The notes beneath the pieces were generated by a model, which did not search any database, was not told the DNA's origin, and worked only from the letters and a program-made list of their open reading frames with translations. The translations under genes and the position numbers were made by a program. A stretch of DNA of 64,000 bases from a virus: positions 4,181 to 68,180 of IMG/VR virus record IMGVR_UViG_3300013132_000047. One strand, given 5' to 3'. This document shows positions 41,931 through 50,997 of this stretch, piece by piece (position 1 is the first letter of the stretch; every line of letters begins with the position of its first letter).

Positions 41931-42638
41931 TCAAATTTTTTGGGCTTTTACATAAATCCATTGAAAAGAATCGTCACAATAATTTCTAGAATTAGCATCC
42001 CACTCGGTAGCTATGGAATAGTTTATGTTGGAGAAACCAATTTCTTCAAGATCGGTAATTAAATCATTGGGATTTGATACGGCAACATCGTACGCACCGT
42101 TAGCCCCTTCGATAGAAAGATCTTCATCATGATATTTTGCCGCACCATAACAAGACATTTGAAAAGAAAAAAGTGAACCCCTAGACATCACGCGGTAAAT
42201 GTCGGACAGAATCGAATATCTTATAGAATAAACCGCGATATGTTGCAAAACAATAGTTGACATAACAAAATCATATTCATCGGAAAGTAACGGCTGAAGA
42301 TCTACGCCAGTTGTTGTATGAAAAGCATACTTACTCTTTTCATGTTTTGTTTCGCCCATGAATTGTTCAGCTCTTTTAATATTTTCCGAGCTTATATCAC
42401 AACCATCTACTCTTGACCAGCCAGCTAAATTCAACAGGTTATCTACATTGCGGCCAATTCCACATCCAAAGTCAAGTGCCTTCTTATTATCAAAAGAAGC
42501 GTTTACGTCAGATAGTAAAAGACCATAATAATCAGGGTTAGAGTCATGCCCCCGATGATTTTCAACTGCCATAATATCGGCGGTAGAGTCATAGAAATGT
42601 TTTTGCATTTGTGTGTACTGATTATTGCTTTTTAACAC
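41931..42638 (-). CDS. class I SAM-dependent methyltransferase
   Basis: ALDFGCGIGRN, GCDIS, YDFV...VLQH. Confidence 0.9.
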   Translation of the reverse strand: MLKSNNQYTQMQKHFYDSTADIMAVENHRGHDSNPDYYGLLLSDVNASFDNKKALDFGCGIGRNVDNLLNLAGWSRVDGCDISSENIKRAEQFMGETKHEKSKYAFHTTTGVDLQPLLSDEYDFVMSTIVLQHIAVYSIRYSILSDIYRVMSRGSLFSFQMSCYGAAKYHDEDLSIEGANGAYDVAVSNPNDLITDLEEIGFSNINYSIATEWDANSRNYCDDSFQWIYVKAQKI

Positions 42639-42647
42639 ATTGAACCT

Positions 42648-43415
42648 TTAAAAATTGTAGGAGCAAATTTCATTTATAGAGATATTGTAATCAGGCAGTT
42701 GTTCTTCTCTTAAATATTTTAAGTCTATGCTATTTCGCAATTTTCGTACAACTTCCTGAAAAACACCTGCTTGTATATTATCGCATACTATTTCTGTTTT
42801 AAGAAAATTTCTTACATGGTTAGATATGAATTGATGCTCAAATGGGGGGTTATCTGCTGATAAAAAATCATATATCAAATAAAATCTTTGCGCATTTTGC
42901 GCTGACATTACAAAATGAAAATCGCCTTGACCATTACCGTATCCATTGCAATAGATAGTGTCAAGATCATAAGACTCTAAATCTAGATTTTTCCACAAAA
43001 GAACATCAGGCCGATAAAAAATAACGTATTTATAATTATTTATATTATTTTTGACTAACTCAAATGATTTCTTTATAGCTAAAGCTTGAGAAACCTGATT
43101 GTAATATTGTTCAGATACATTGCAGTTATTTAGAACCTTGTTTATTTGGTTTCTGTAAATTTCGTTATCCTCAAATAAACTAAGTTTAGGAGAATACAGT
43201 AAGTTAAGCTCTTCTTGTAAGTCTATATTCCATGAATGAATAAAAATATCAAAGTCATATTGCTCATTGCATGAAAAAAGATGTTTTTCCAAACCTGCTT
43301 TAACACATTTGAAATTTACATAACTTTTATTTTTTATATCATCTTTTAAGACTAATTTTCCATAAGTATTGGAAATACCGCCCCTAAGTAATAAGGCTAC
43401 CTTTTCACGTTTCAT
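42648..43415 (-). CDS. putative glycosyl/sugar transferase-like protein
   Basis: KVALLL.G, DIFIHSW, YVIFYRPD pattern seen in polysaccharide loci. Confidence 0.55.
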   Translation of the reverse strand: MKREKVALLLRGGISNTYGKLVLKDDIKNKSYVNFKCVKAGLEKHLFSCNEQYDFDIFIHSWNIDLQEELNLLYSPKLSLFEDNEIYRNQINKVLNNCNVSEQYYNQVSQALAIKKSFELVKNNINNYKYVIFYRPDVLLWKNLDLESYDLDTIYCNGYGNGQGDFHFVMSAQNAQRFYLIYDFLSADNPPFEHQFISNHVRNFLKTEIVCDNIQAGVFQEVVRKLRNSIDLKYLREEQLPDYNISINEICSYNF

Positions 43416-44778
43416 ATTCTCTTAAAAAATGATTTAGATCTTCTGGCGTACCTAGTCCCCACATTGCATCTATATTGTAGGTTTTAATCTTTTTCCCATC
43501 AGATATAGCCTCATTGAAGACCGGACATACGTAGTATTCGTTATTGACTCTTAGTTCTTTATCGATCATTTGCTGCGCGTATCGAACAAAGTCTGAACCT
43601 TTTCTCCAATAGTAAAATCCAACGGTTGCTAAATTTGAAATAGGATTCTTTTCGGCAACTTGTGTGACAAAACCGTTTTCATCGATTTTGGCAAAAGACC
43701 ATTTTGGGTGGGTTGAGTTAAACGTTACAATGCCGCCGTCAACCTTCGTTTCTTGCATATGGTAAAAGAATTCGTTTGAATCCCACTCAGCAAACTGATC
43801 GGAGTTCGCAAAAAATAACGGATCGTCGTTATCTATAAAATCTTTAGCCAATAACGCAGTACATGCTGCGCCCTGGGTCATTCCGTCAACTTCTACAACC
43901 TTGCAGTTTGGTGCAATCACATTTAAAAGTGTATCTAAATTATATTTTTCTCTATGAGATTTTTGAACTATAAAAATATAGTTTGCGTCTATGTTGAGAT
44001 TATCGACAACCACCTGGATCATTGGTTTTCCATTTACCTCTATTAAAGGTTTTGGAAATGTATAGCCCGCTTTTTCGAAGCGACTACCAGCGCCAGCCAT
44101 TGGAATAAGTACATTCATTTTTTTATCAACCCATTTAAAATTTGTTTTTGTCTTTTTCTTTTCAAGACTATTTATACAATTGGATAAATTTTCTATTGTC
44201 ACATCTTTTGGTGAAACGACACGCAAAATATTTGCCCCACTTCTCTCCGCTGCTAAAAGACCATATGGGGAATCTTCAACTATCAAAGTTTCTTCAGCAA
44301 GGAAGTTTAATTTAGATATAGCTTTCCAATACATTTCGGGGTGAGGTTTTGCATTGAAAGCATCTTCATTTGAGAGAATTAAATCAAACAACTCAATTAT
44401 TTTTAACCTTGACAAAACTGTATTAACAGTTTTTCTAATAGAATTCGAACAACAAGCTATTGAATAACCCTGTTTTGACAATTCGGACACGCATTGAAAT
44501 ATTGACTCATCAAAAGACAAGTTTTTCAATTTTTCGATAGTCAACTGCTGCTTTTTATCCCAGACTATTTGGTGTTTCGATAGTGGTAAGCTTTTTTCTT
44601 CCGAAAGCATATTTAATTTTGTCTTAGTTTTTAGTCCATCATATTTATTTAAATGTTCTGTCCAACTTATAGTGTATTTGTTATCTATTACGGCAAGCGA
44701 TTCATTAAGTGCATCGAAATGTATTTTTTTTGCTTCGACTAGAACACCATCAAGGTCAAATATAATTAATCCAATCAT
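43405..44778 (-). CDS. HAD phosphatase fused to a sugar nucleotidyltransferase
   Basis: FDLDGVL, KPHPE, EDS; IPMAGAGSRF...PKPLI, LGTPEDL. Confidence 0.9.
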   Translation of the reverse strand: MIGLIIFDLDGVLVEAKKIHFDALNESLAVIDNKYTISWTEHLNKYDGLKTKTKLNMLSEEKSLPLSKHQIVWDKKQQLTIEKLKNLSFDESIFQCVSELSKQGYSIACCSNSIRKTVNTVLSRLKIIELFDLILSNEDAFNAKPHPEMYWKAISKLNFLAEETLIVEDSPYGLLAAERSGANILRVVSPKDVTIENLSNCINSLEKKKTKTNFKWVDKKMNVLIPMAGAGSRFEKAGYTFPKPLIEVNGKPMIQVVVDNLNIDANYIFIVQKSHREKYNLDTLLNVIAPNCKVVEVDGMTQGAACTALLAKDFIDNDDPLFFANSDQFAEWDSNEFFYHMQETKVDGGIVTFNSTHPKWSFAKIDENGFVTQVAEKNPISNLATVGFYYWRKGSDFVRYAQQMIDKELRVNNEYYVCPVFNEAISDGKKIKTYNIDAMWGLGTPEDLNHFLREYET

Positions 44779-45446
44779 TAAAACCTCGACAAATGTATCT
44801 TTTTTACGTTAGTTTCATCATACTGGCCAAAGACTTCCCCACCGTAACCCTGTATCGAGTTGGTTACATCATATCCCAACTTGCCAAGAACAATTCCGCA
44901 TATACGCTCTGTAGCACAAGAATGAAACTTGGTTATTGGCTTTATATTAAAAAAGCCAGATGCAATAAGTCGCTTCATAACACTATTTCTACACATAAAC
45001 ATTGGACCAAAAACACCATAGTATTCGCCGGGGATACTGTAACCAAGGTGTAGATTCATTTCGAAATTAGCCCACTCTGCGAGGCTAGATCCGTCGTAAT
45101 CAAAACCGATACCGACAGGTGGGTCCGACCAGTATCTTACTGTGGTTAAGTCGTTTTGCTCTACAAAAGAAATATTTTTTTGCAGGATAAGTGAGTCATG
45201 TATATTATAAAAGAATTTTGTTTCGGGAAAAGTTTCAAAAGCAACTTTGTATGCCTCTAAACAAAAGTGTTTATTATTAGCGTCAATAACAATAACAGAT
45301 TTATCTAAATCTGCAAAGTAAGACTTATCTTCGGATCCACTATCGACCACGCAAATAGAGTCATATGGATGATACCTTTTAATGGCATCAACGCACTCAA
45401 AAATTATAGGATTTTCCTTAGAAAACTTACACGCTATTACAAACAT
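44778..45446 (-). CDS. GT-A-like glycosyltransferase
   Basis: VVDSGS, IHDS, ERICG. Confidence 0.55.
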   Translation of the reverse strand: MFVIACKFSKENPIIFECVDAIKRYHPYDSICVVDSGSEDKSYFADLDKSVIVIDANNKHFCLEAYKVAFETFPETKFFYNIHDSLILQKNISFVEQNDLTTVRYWSDPPVGIGFDYDGSSLAEWANFEMNLHLGYSIPGEYYGVFGPMFMCRNSVMKRLIASGFFNIKPITKFHSCATERICGIVLGKLGYDVTNSIQGYGGEVFGQYDETNVKKIHLSRF

Positions 45447-45480
45447 TGATATCTAAAGTTATTTTTAACAAAATACAAAA

Positions 45481-45639
45481 TCAAAGCCAGTCTTCCCATG
45501 CTTCTCCGCAGTCTAGGCAGCAGACTTCAATTTCTGGCAATGACTTATCGTTTTCGTCACCGATCCAAATAATGTCCAACTTTAAAGAATAGCAAGTTGG
45601 ACACGCTTCGTTATATCTAAGAATCTTTTCTTCTGACAT
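45481..45639 (-). CDS. small zinc-ribbon protein (not in track)
   Basis: CPTC...CLDCG.AW. Confidence 0.5.
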   Translation of the reverse strand: MSEEKILRYNEACPTCYSLKLDIIWIGDENDKSLPEIEVCCLDCGEAWEDWL

Positions 45640-46618
45640 TATGTATTTCTTGCGTGATGTGTTCTAGCAGATTCAAATCACTTGCTAGAGCAGCTATCGT
45701 TGCATTCCTACCTTGCTCTTTGAGTTCTTCCTTGTAAGAGTACCAGGCACCACTCTTGTTGAGAATCGCCAGTTCTACTGCCATGTCGACGATGCAACCA
45801 ACCTTATCTATTCCTCGACCATAAATGATGTCAAATTCACACTTCTTTAACGCTGGGGCCATTTTATTCTTTGGAACTTTTACTACAGCCCGAATGCCTA
45901 GTATCTCTCCAGTTTTTGTATCTTTAATATCTTCTTTTCTTCTCATGTCTATTCTGACGGAAGAGTAAAATCGCAGTGCACGACCGCCAGGAGTTGTTTC
46001 CGGATTGCCGAACATAATACCGATCTTTTCTCTTAACTGATTAGTAAAGATAACAAGAGTTTTTGTCTCATTTGCCGCAGCCACTATTCTAGATATGCCG
46101 CGAGACATCATCCTAGGAAGTAAACCCATATGGTTGTCTTCCATGGTCCCTTCTATTTCGGCCTTTGGTGTTAAGGCGGCGACAGAATCGACCACTATAA
46201 CACCTATTTCGCCTGTGCGAATAAGTGTTGTTAGCACATCTAAGGCTTGCTCACCATAATCTGGCTGAGAAAAAATCAAATTATCCATGTTGACACCAAG
46301 TTGGCCGGCATAAATGGGGTCAATAGAATGTTCGGCGTCGATAAATGCGCACAACTTGCCCATTCTCTGAGCTTCGGCGACCACGGAAAGACAAAGTGTA
46401 GATTTCCCAGATGACTCTGGACCAAAAATCTCAACAATTCTTCCCTCAGGAAGGCCGCCAATTCCCAGGGATATATCCAGCGGTAAAGCGCCAGTAGAAA
46501 TGGCAGGCCACGGCTTTATGTTCTTGGTTCCAATGCGCATAACGGTATTATCGCCAAATTGTTTATCAAGCTGAGCAATTGCCAACTGCACGGCTTTGGG
46601 TAGATCGTTATCTTCCAT
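45617..46618 (-). CDS. recA: RecA recombinase
   Basis: GPESSGKST, FIDAEH, VVDSVAAL, ETTPGGRALRFYSS. Confidence 0.98.
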   Translation of the reverse strand: MEDNDLPKAVQLAIAQLDKQFGDNTVMRIGTKNIKPWPAISTGALPLDISLGIGGLPEGRIVEIFGPESSGKSTLCLSVVAEAQRMGKLCAFIDAEHSIDPIYAGQLGVNMDNLIFSQPDYGEQALDVLTTLIRTGEIGVIVVDSVAALTPKAEIEGTMEDNHMGLLPRMMSRGISRIVAAANETKTLVIFTNQLREKIGIMFGNPETTPGGRALRFYSSVRIDMRRKEDIKDTKTGEILGIRAVVKVPKNKMAPALKKCEFDIIYGRGIDKVGCIVDMAVELAILNKSGAWYSYKEELKEQGRNATIAALASDLNLLEHITQEIHNVRRKDS

Positions 46619-47257
46619 AGCTCTTTTCTTTATTAAGACTATGTGTTATAGTCTATCTTGTTCTTTATGGACTTCTTTAATTTTATCATTAGTTCTTTGT
46701 AAAAGAAACTCTAACTCTGCGCGATATTCCTTATCATCTTCGCCCAGAATCTCTCGTTTTACTCGATCTCTGAATTTATATAATTCTTTTAACGTTGGTT
46801 GCTTCTTCTGTCTGTTCATGTGCTACACTATAGTCACTTCATATACATCGATTCAAATTTAAAGGGGTTTTTTTGAGTATTTCACTTGACCGAGCACTGT
46901 TTCTCCTTGAAACACAGATTGATGATCCATCGTATCTTGTGAATTTATGGAAGTTTAGTGGCAGATGTCATAATCAGGTCCCCTATATCGAGTGCTGCAA
47001 CCCGTGGTACGCTGGATTGGAATCTTTAATAATTAATCGTTAATTTTATTTCAAACTTTAGATGTCGTAAAAGTGGGATTAGCGCCAGAACGGTAGGATC
47101 TGGTTGAGGAAACCTCAGGATGAGGCTGAAGTGACGTTCAGACGAAGGCGCCCGCAGAATGTAGACCCTAAAGACATATATAAAGATGATAAGCCCTGTA
47201 AGCTTGTCTACCTCAGTGCTGTTCAAAAATATTTTTCAAAAGACTGAGAGTTACTAA

Positions 47258-48694
47258 ATGATTAATTATCAAAATGGAAAGCGGGTTAGCGGTTTGCGAG
47301 TATATGACATTTATATCCCCGAATTAAACCGCTACGTAAAATTCAAAGTCCTACCACCAGAAGAGATCAAGAAAATAATGGATGAAATATCCAGTTATGA
47401 TTCCTCTGAGCATATGAAAACAGTGGTAGAGAATTTTGTCTTCAATATGCGTAGTGAAATAGTTGACGCACTCAAATTGCTTAGCGAAGACGCCGGAGAA
47501 TTAGCAATAGAAGCCCTTTTTAACGGCTGTGTTATGCTTAACCCTGGTCTAGATATAGATTCTTGGGTAAGAATTGCTTATTCTGCCGTGAAACCACTGC
47601 CGTCGAACAAGGTTGATAAACGACTGCCAAGAGTTGACCCTTCTAGTTTCCCACCCGGTTTCATGGAGAAAGCAAACAAGGCTTTTGAGGCTAAAAACGA
47701 AAAAACTAAGAAACAAATTAAATTAACTAAAGCAAAAATAAACAACTTGCCAAGGGCTTTAAAAACAAAGGTCATCGGCCAAGATGAAGCAGTAGATACT
47801 GTGTCTAACGCACTTAAAAGGTCGATAACGGGTTTGAATGATGAAAATAGACCATTGGGTGTTTTTCTTTTTGCGGGTAGTTCTGGTACGGGTAAAACAC
47901 TTTTGGCAAAAGAGCTTCATAATTATCTTTTTGGAAAAGATTATGACTTAGTTCGCGTTGATTGCGGCGAATTCCAGCAAAAACATGAAAATCAAAAACT
48001 TATAGGTGCACCTCCCGGCTACATTGGTCACGATGATGGCGGTTTTTTAACCGCAAGGTTAAAAGAGCAACCACAAACGGTAGTTTTGCTAGATGAAGTT
48101 GAAAAAGCGCACCCTGATATGTGGAATACGTTTTTGCGCGTTTTTGATGAAGGATTGTTAACCGACAATAAGGGTAAAGAAGTTTCTTTTCGTGATGCAA
48201 TTATAATAATGACAACAAACCTTGGTAATGACAAGGTTGTGGATTCTTTGACTGGTAAAGGCACTGGCTTCGCAGCTAAAATCAATTTTGATTTTGAGTC
48301 AAAAGAGACGCCCGTTAAGGAATATGTAGAAAAAACTGCTAATGAAGCAATAAGAAAATCTTTTAAATCTGAATTTTTAAATAGGATTGACAAAATTATT
48401 GTTTTTAATTATTTAACCTATCAAAATTATTTAGATATCGCTCAGTTAGAAATTGATATTGTTGATCAAAAATTAATGAAAAAGGGTTTTATACTTAATT
48501 CAGATGAAACGGTACTAAAAGGGTTAGTCGATAAGGGTGTAAATACTATTTTTGGCGCCAGAGGAATGTCTCGTGTTCGTAGGGAACAAATCGAAGATAA
48601 GATAGCTGAACTAATTATGGAAAACACTTTTAAACGAGGAACTATTTTCGAACTGCATTTTGATACAACTTTTGTAATATCCCATTTGGAGTAG
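47258..48694 (+). CDS. Clp/Hsp100-type AAA+ ATPase with a single (D2-like) module
   Basis: VIGQDEAV, GSSGTGKT, LIGAPPGYIG, LDEVEKAH, MTTN, EFLNRID, GAR. Confidence 0.92.
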   Translation: MINYQNGKRVSGLRVYDIYIPELNRYVKFKVLPPEEIKKIMDEISSYDSSEHMKTVVENFVFNMRSEIVDALKLLSEDAGELAIEALFNGCVMLNPGLDIDSWVRIAYSAVKPLPSNKVDKRLPRVDPSSFPPGFMEKANKAFEAKNEKTKKQIKLTKAKINNLPRALKTKVIGQDEAVDTVSNALKRSITGLNDENRPLGVFLFAGSSGTGKTLLAKELHNYLFGKDYDLVRVDCGEFQQKHENQKLIGAPPGYIGHDDGGFLTARLKEQPQTVVLLDEVEKAHPDMWNTFLRVFDEGLLTDNKGKEVSFRDAIIIMTTNLGNDKVVDSLTGKGTGFAAKINFDFESKETPVKEYVEKTANEAIRKSFKSEFLNRIDKIIVFNYLTYQNYLDIAQLEIDIVDQKLMKKGFILNSDETVLKGLVDKGVNTIFGARGMSRVRREQIEDKIAELIMENTFKRGTIFELHFDTTFVISHLE

Positions 48695-48698
48695 CGCC

Positions 48699-49055
48699 AT
48701 GCTCAAACCTAAACCGATAATAAAGGCTGCCGGAGGAACTAGCAAGGCTGTACCAAAAATTATACAAGGTGGAGCCAGATCTCCGGTCGGCGGAAATGTC
48801 GCCTTCGACCCAAGACTGGGTCGTTCGGGTGGTTTTAGGTATATTAATGGACCAAACCGAGGTAGAGTTGCTCCAATGGGGTCTCTAAATGCAATGGCTG
48901 CACCACCATCATCTCCAAGATTAATGGCTGGCCACGGTAAGAAAGTAGCGGCAGGTTTGGTTGTTGGTGGCGCCACTTTTGGTATGTTGGCCAACAAAAC
49001 GGGCAAGGCAGTTGATCCATCTAGTGGCTTACCTAAAGGTATTTATAATTACTAG
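48699..49055 (+). CDS. basic Gly/Pro-rich small protein (putative virion protein)
   Basis: Composition and late-arm context. Confidence 0.55.
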   Translation: MLKPKPIIKAAGGTSKAVPKIIQGGARSPVGGNVAFDPRLGRSGGFRYINGPNRGRVAPMGSLNAMAAPPSSPRLMAGHGKKVAAGLVVGGATFGMLANKTGKAVDPSSGLPKGIYNY

Positions 49056-49063
49056 GATTTCTA

Positions 49064-49432
49064 ATGATTAAAAAAGCAATGGGTTCAATTATTCCCACAA
49101 TAAGAAAACTGGAAAACGTTGGAACAAGAACGATGAGTACAGCGAGAACAATGTCTACAACAGGCGGAAGAGCAAAGAAGATGGCTGCGCCATTTGTCGG
49201 TTCTGCTGGGAGGACGATGAACTATATGGGAAGGAACCCATATACGGCAGTGGCATTAGGTGCTGCAGCGGCTGGAGGTGCCGTTTTAAAAAATCGTCAA
49301 AATACACCAGTTATGGGTTTAAGGACCTCCGATATGACGCGGCAAAATACCATGTATAATAGAAAAATGCGTGCAGGTCAATCCTCGGCTGTTGACGGAC
49401 TAATCCCGAAATCTATGGGCGGATACGCGTAG
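49064..49432 (+). CDS. basic Met/Gly-rich small protein (putative virion protein)
   Basis: Composition; hydrophobic AVALGAAAAGG segment. Confidence 0.55.
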   Translation: MIKKAMGSIIPTIRKLENVGTRTMSTARTMSTTGGRAKKMAAPFVGSAGRTMNYMGRNPYTAVALGAAAAGGAVLKNRQNTPVMGLRTSDMTRQNTMYNRKMRAGQSSAVDGLIPKSMGGYA

Positions 49433-49445
49433 GTAGTGTGATCCT

Positions 49446-49640
49446 ATGATTAAACGTATAGGTAAGGCAATTGAATCTCTTGGCGAAGGCCTAATAGCCA
49501 GGAGTGGCGGTTCCGCCGTTAGGTCTTCTGCCGTCAATTCCGCCGTTACAATGAGTGGCACATACGGTGGAGCAAGAAAGCCTATTAGGCAGGCAGCAAA
49601 ATTAGTGAATCCGAGAACGGGTTTGCCCGTAGGTTCCTGA
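49446..49640 (+). CDS. small basic protein
   Basis: 64 aa, similar composition to its neighbours. Confidence 0.5.
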   Translation: MIKRIGKAIESLGEGLIARSGGSAVRSSAVNSAVTMSGTYGGARKPIRQAAKLVNPRTGLPVGS

Positions 49641-49656
49641 AGAAGTTTGGAGAATT

Positions 49657-50097
49657 ATGTCTAGATCTTTAGACTGGAGAAATTATGTTAATGAATTTGG
49701 AGACTTTGAGTTACCAAACTATCTATACCAAGTAAATAAAGAATTGATGAAACAAAGTCTTGATTTGGGAACGCTACTATCCGATGATAGGGCTAAATTG
49801 CGCGCCTATAAAGAGCAAATCAAAGGTGTATTTAAGCGTCGCTGGATAGAAGTTGCTCAAGCACTTGAGTTCTTTGATATTATAGTCCCATGTCAGTGCA
49901 CTATGGATGAATTTTGTGAACTTTGTGGTGGAAGCAGATATGTGTTGAATGCGTTGCTTTCGCCCGAGCAAATGCGAGAAATTGGAGTCGTGTTTAGTGC
50001 TGACGCTGACGCAGAATTGGCTGAAAAACTGCAAGCTGGACTAATAAAAGCGTTGCATGAAATTAGGCAAGATTATAGTGATTTGTCCGAGATGTGA
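49657..50097 (+). CDS. hypothetical protein (CxC...CxxC)
   Basis: 146 aa ORF. Confidence 0.6.
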   Translation: MSRSLDWRNYVNEFGDFELPNYLYQVNKELMKQSLDLGTLLSDDRAKLRAYKEQIKGVFKRRWIEVAQALEFFDIIVPCQCTMDEFCELCGGSRYVLNALLSPEQMREIGVVFSADADAELAEKLQAGLIKALHEIRQDYSDLSEM

Positions 50098-50240
50098 GTT
50101 TGAGTTAAGTTTTCTCTGTCATGAAGACAGGCCTAATGGTACCACTTTATTTGAGTACCTATGTGAAAGGTGTTTGAGTTTTTTGCAAGAAACTTATAAG
50201 TATGGCATTTTAGAAAAGTCTACTTGGGGAGATTTGTATC

Positions 50241-50996
50241 ATGGGAGAAATTGAAAAGGTAGATAAAGAAAATTTCCTAAAAGACTTTGAAACACTAAGG
50301 CCTGATTTTTTTCTTCCTGATCTTTACGCTGACGAAAAGCAGCTTTCTTTGGCGGCTGAGGCTATAAGGCCGGCAAAAACTAAAACCTCCTTGTTCTCAT
50401 CTATTCCAATGAGATGTGCGGCAGAAAAATGCCCTTTTGCCGACACTTGCCCCTTGGAGCAGCAAAACGTTGCACCCAAAGGTAAGCCTTGCCCAATTGA
50501 AATGGCTTTAGTTTCTCAATTTATGGAGAGCATAATGTCGGAATTGCGTGTTAACCCAGAAAACTTGATTGAAGTTTCTATGGTTAGAGACCTTGTAGAT
50601 CAAGAAGTTCAACAATTACGCGCGACAAAAATATTAGCAAAAGAAAGTTTTATACAGGAAAATATCATCGGAATAGATGATCAGGGTAGACCAATTATCA
50701 AGAAAGAAATGCATCTTGCTGTTGAGTTGAGCGATAAGCTTTTAAAACGCAAAAAAGAAATTCGTAATCAAATGATGGCTACTCGCGAACAGAGGGCAAA
50801 AGCCGGCCAAATACAACTAGACAGCGCTCAACTAATATCTAACTGGATGGATACAATTCGTGATGTAGAGCAGCAAAAGGAAAAACTACTCAAACAAAGA
50901 CTTGGCATTGAAGATATAGATGAATATGTCGAAAATGATAAAGAATTGTTTAAAAATAAAATGGACATTATAGACGCAGAAGTAGTAGAAGGCTAA
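50241..50996 (+). CDS. hypothetical protein (Cys cluster + coiled coil; possible small terminase)
   Basis: CAAEKCPFADTCP...CP; ends IIDAEVVEG. Confidence 0.5.
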   Translation: MGEIEKVDKENFLKDFETLRPDFFLPDLYADEKQLSLAAEAIRPAKTKTSLFSSIPMRCAAEKCPFADTCPLEQQNVAPKGKPCPIEMALVSQFMESIMSELRVNPENLIEVSMVRDLVDQEVQQLRATKILAKESFIQENIIGIDDQGRPIIKKEMHLAVELSDKLLKRKKEIRNQMMATREQRAKAGQIQLDSAQLISNWMDTIRDVEQQKEKLLKQRLGIEDIDEYVENDKELFKNKMDIIDAEVVEG

Positions 50997-50997
50997 A

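Noticed and set aside
47104-47151. Hammerhead ribozyme or RNase P RNA in the 46.9-47.2 kb gap
   Set aside because: GGATGAG...GAAG does not match the CTGANGA/GAAA core, and GAGGAAACCTC is not the RNase P GAGGAAAGTCC signature.
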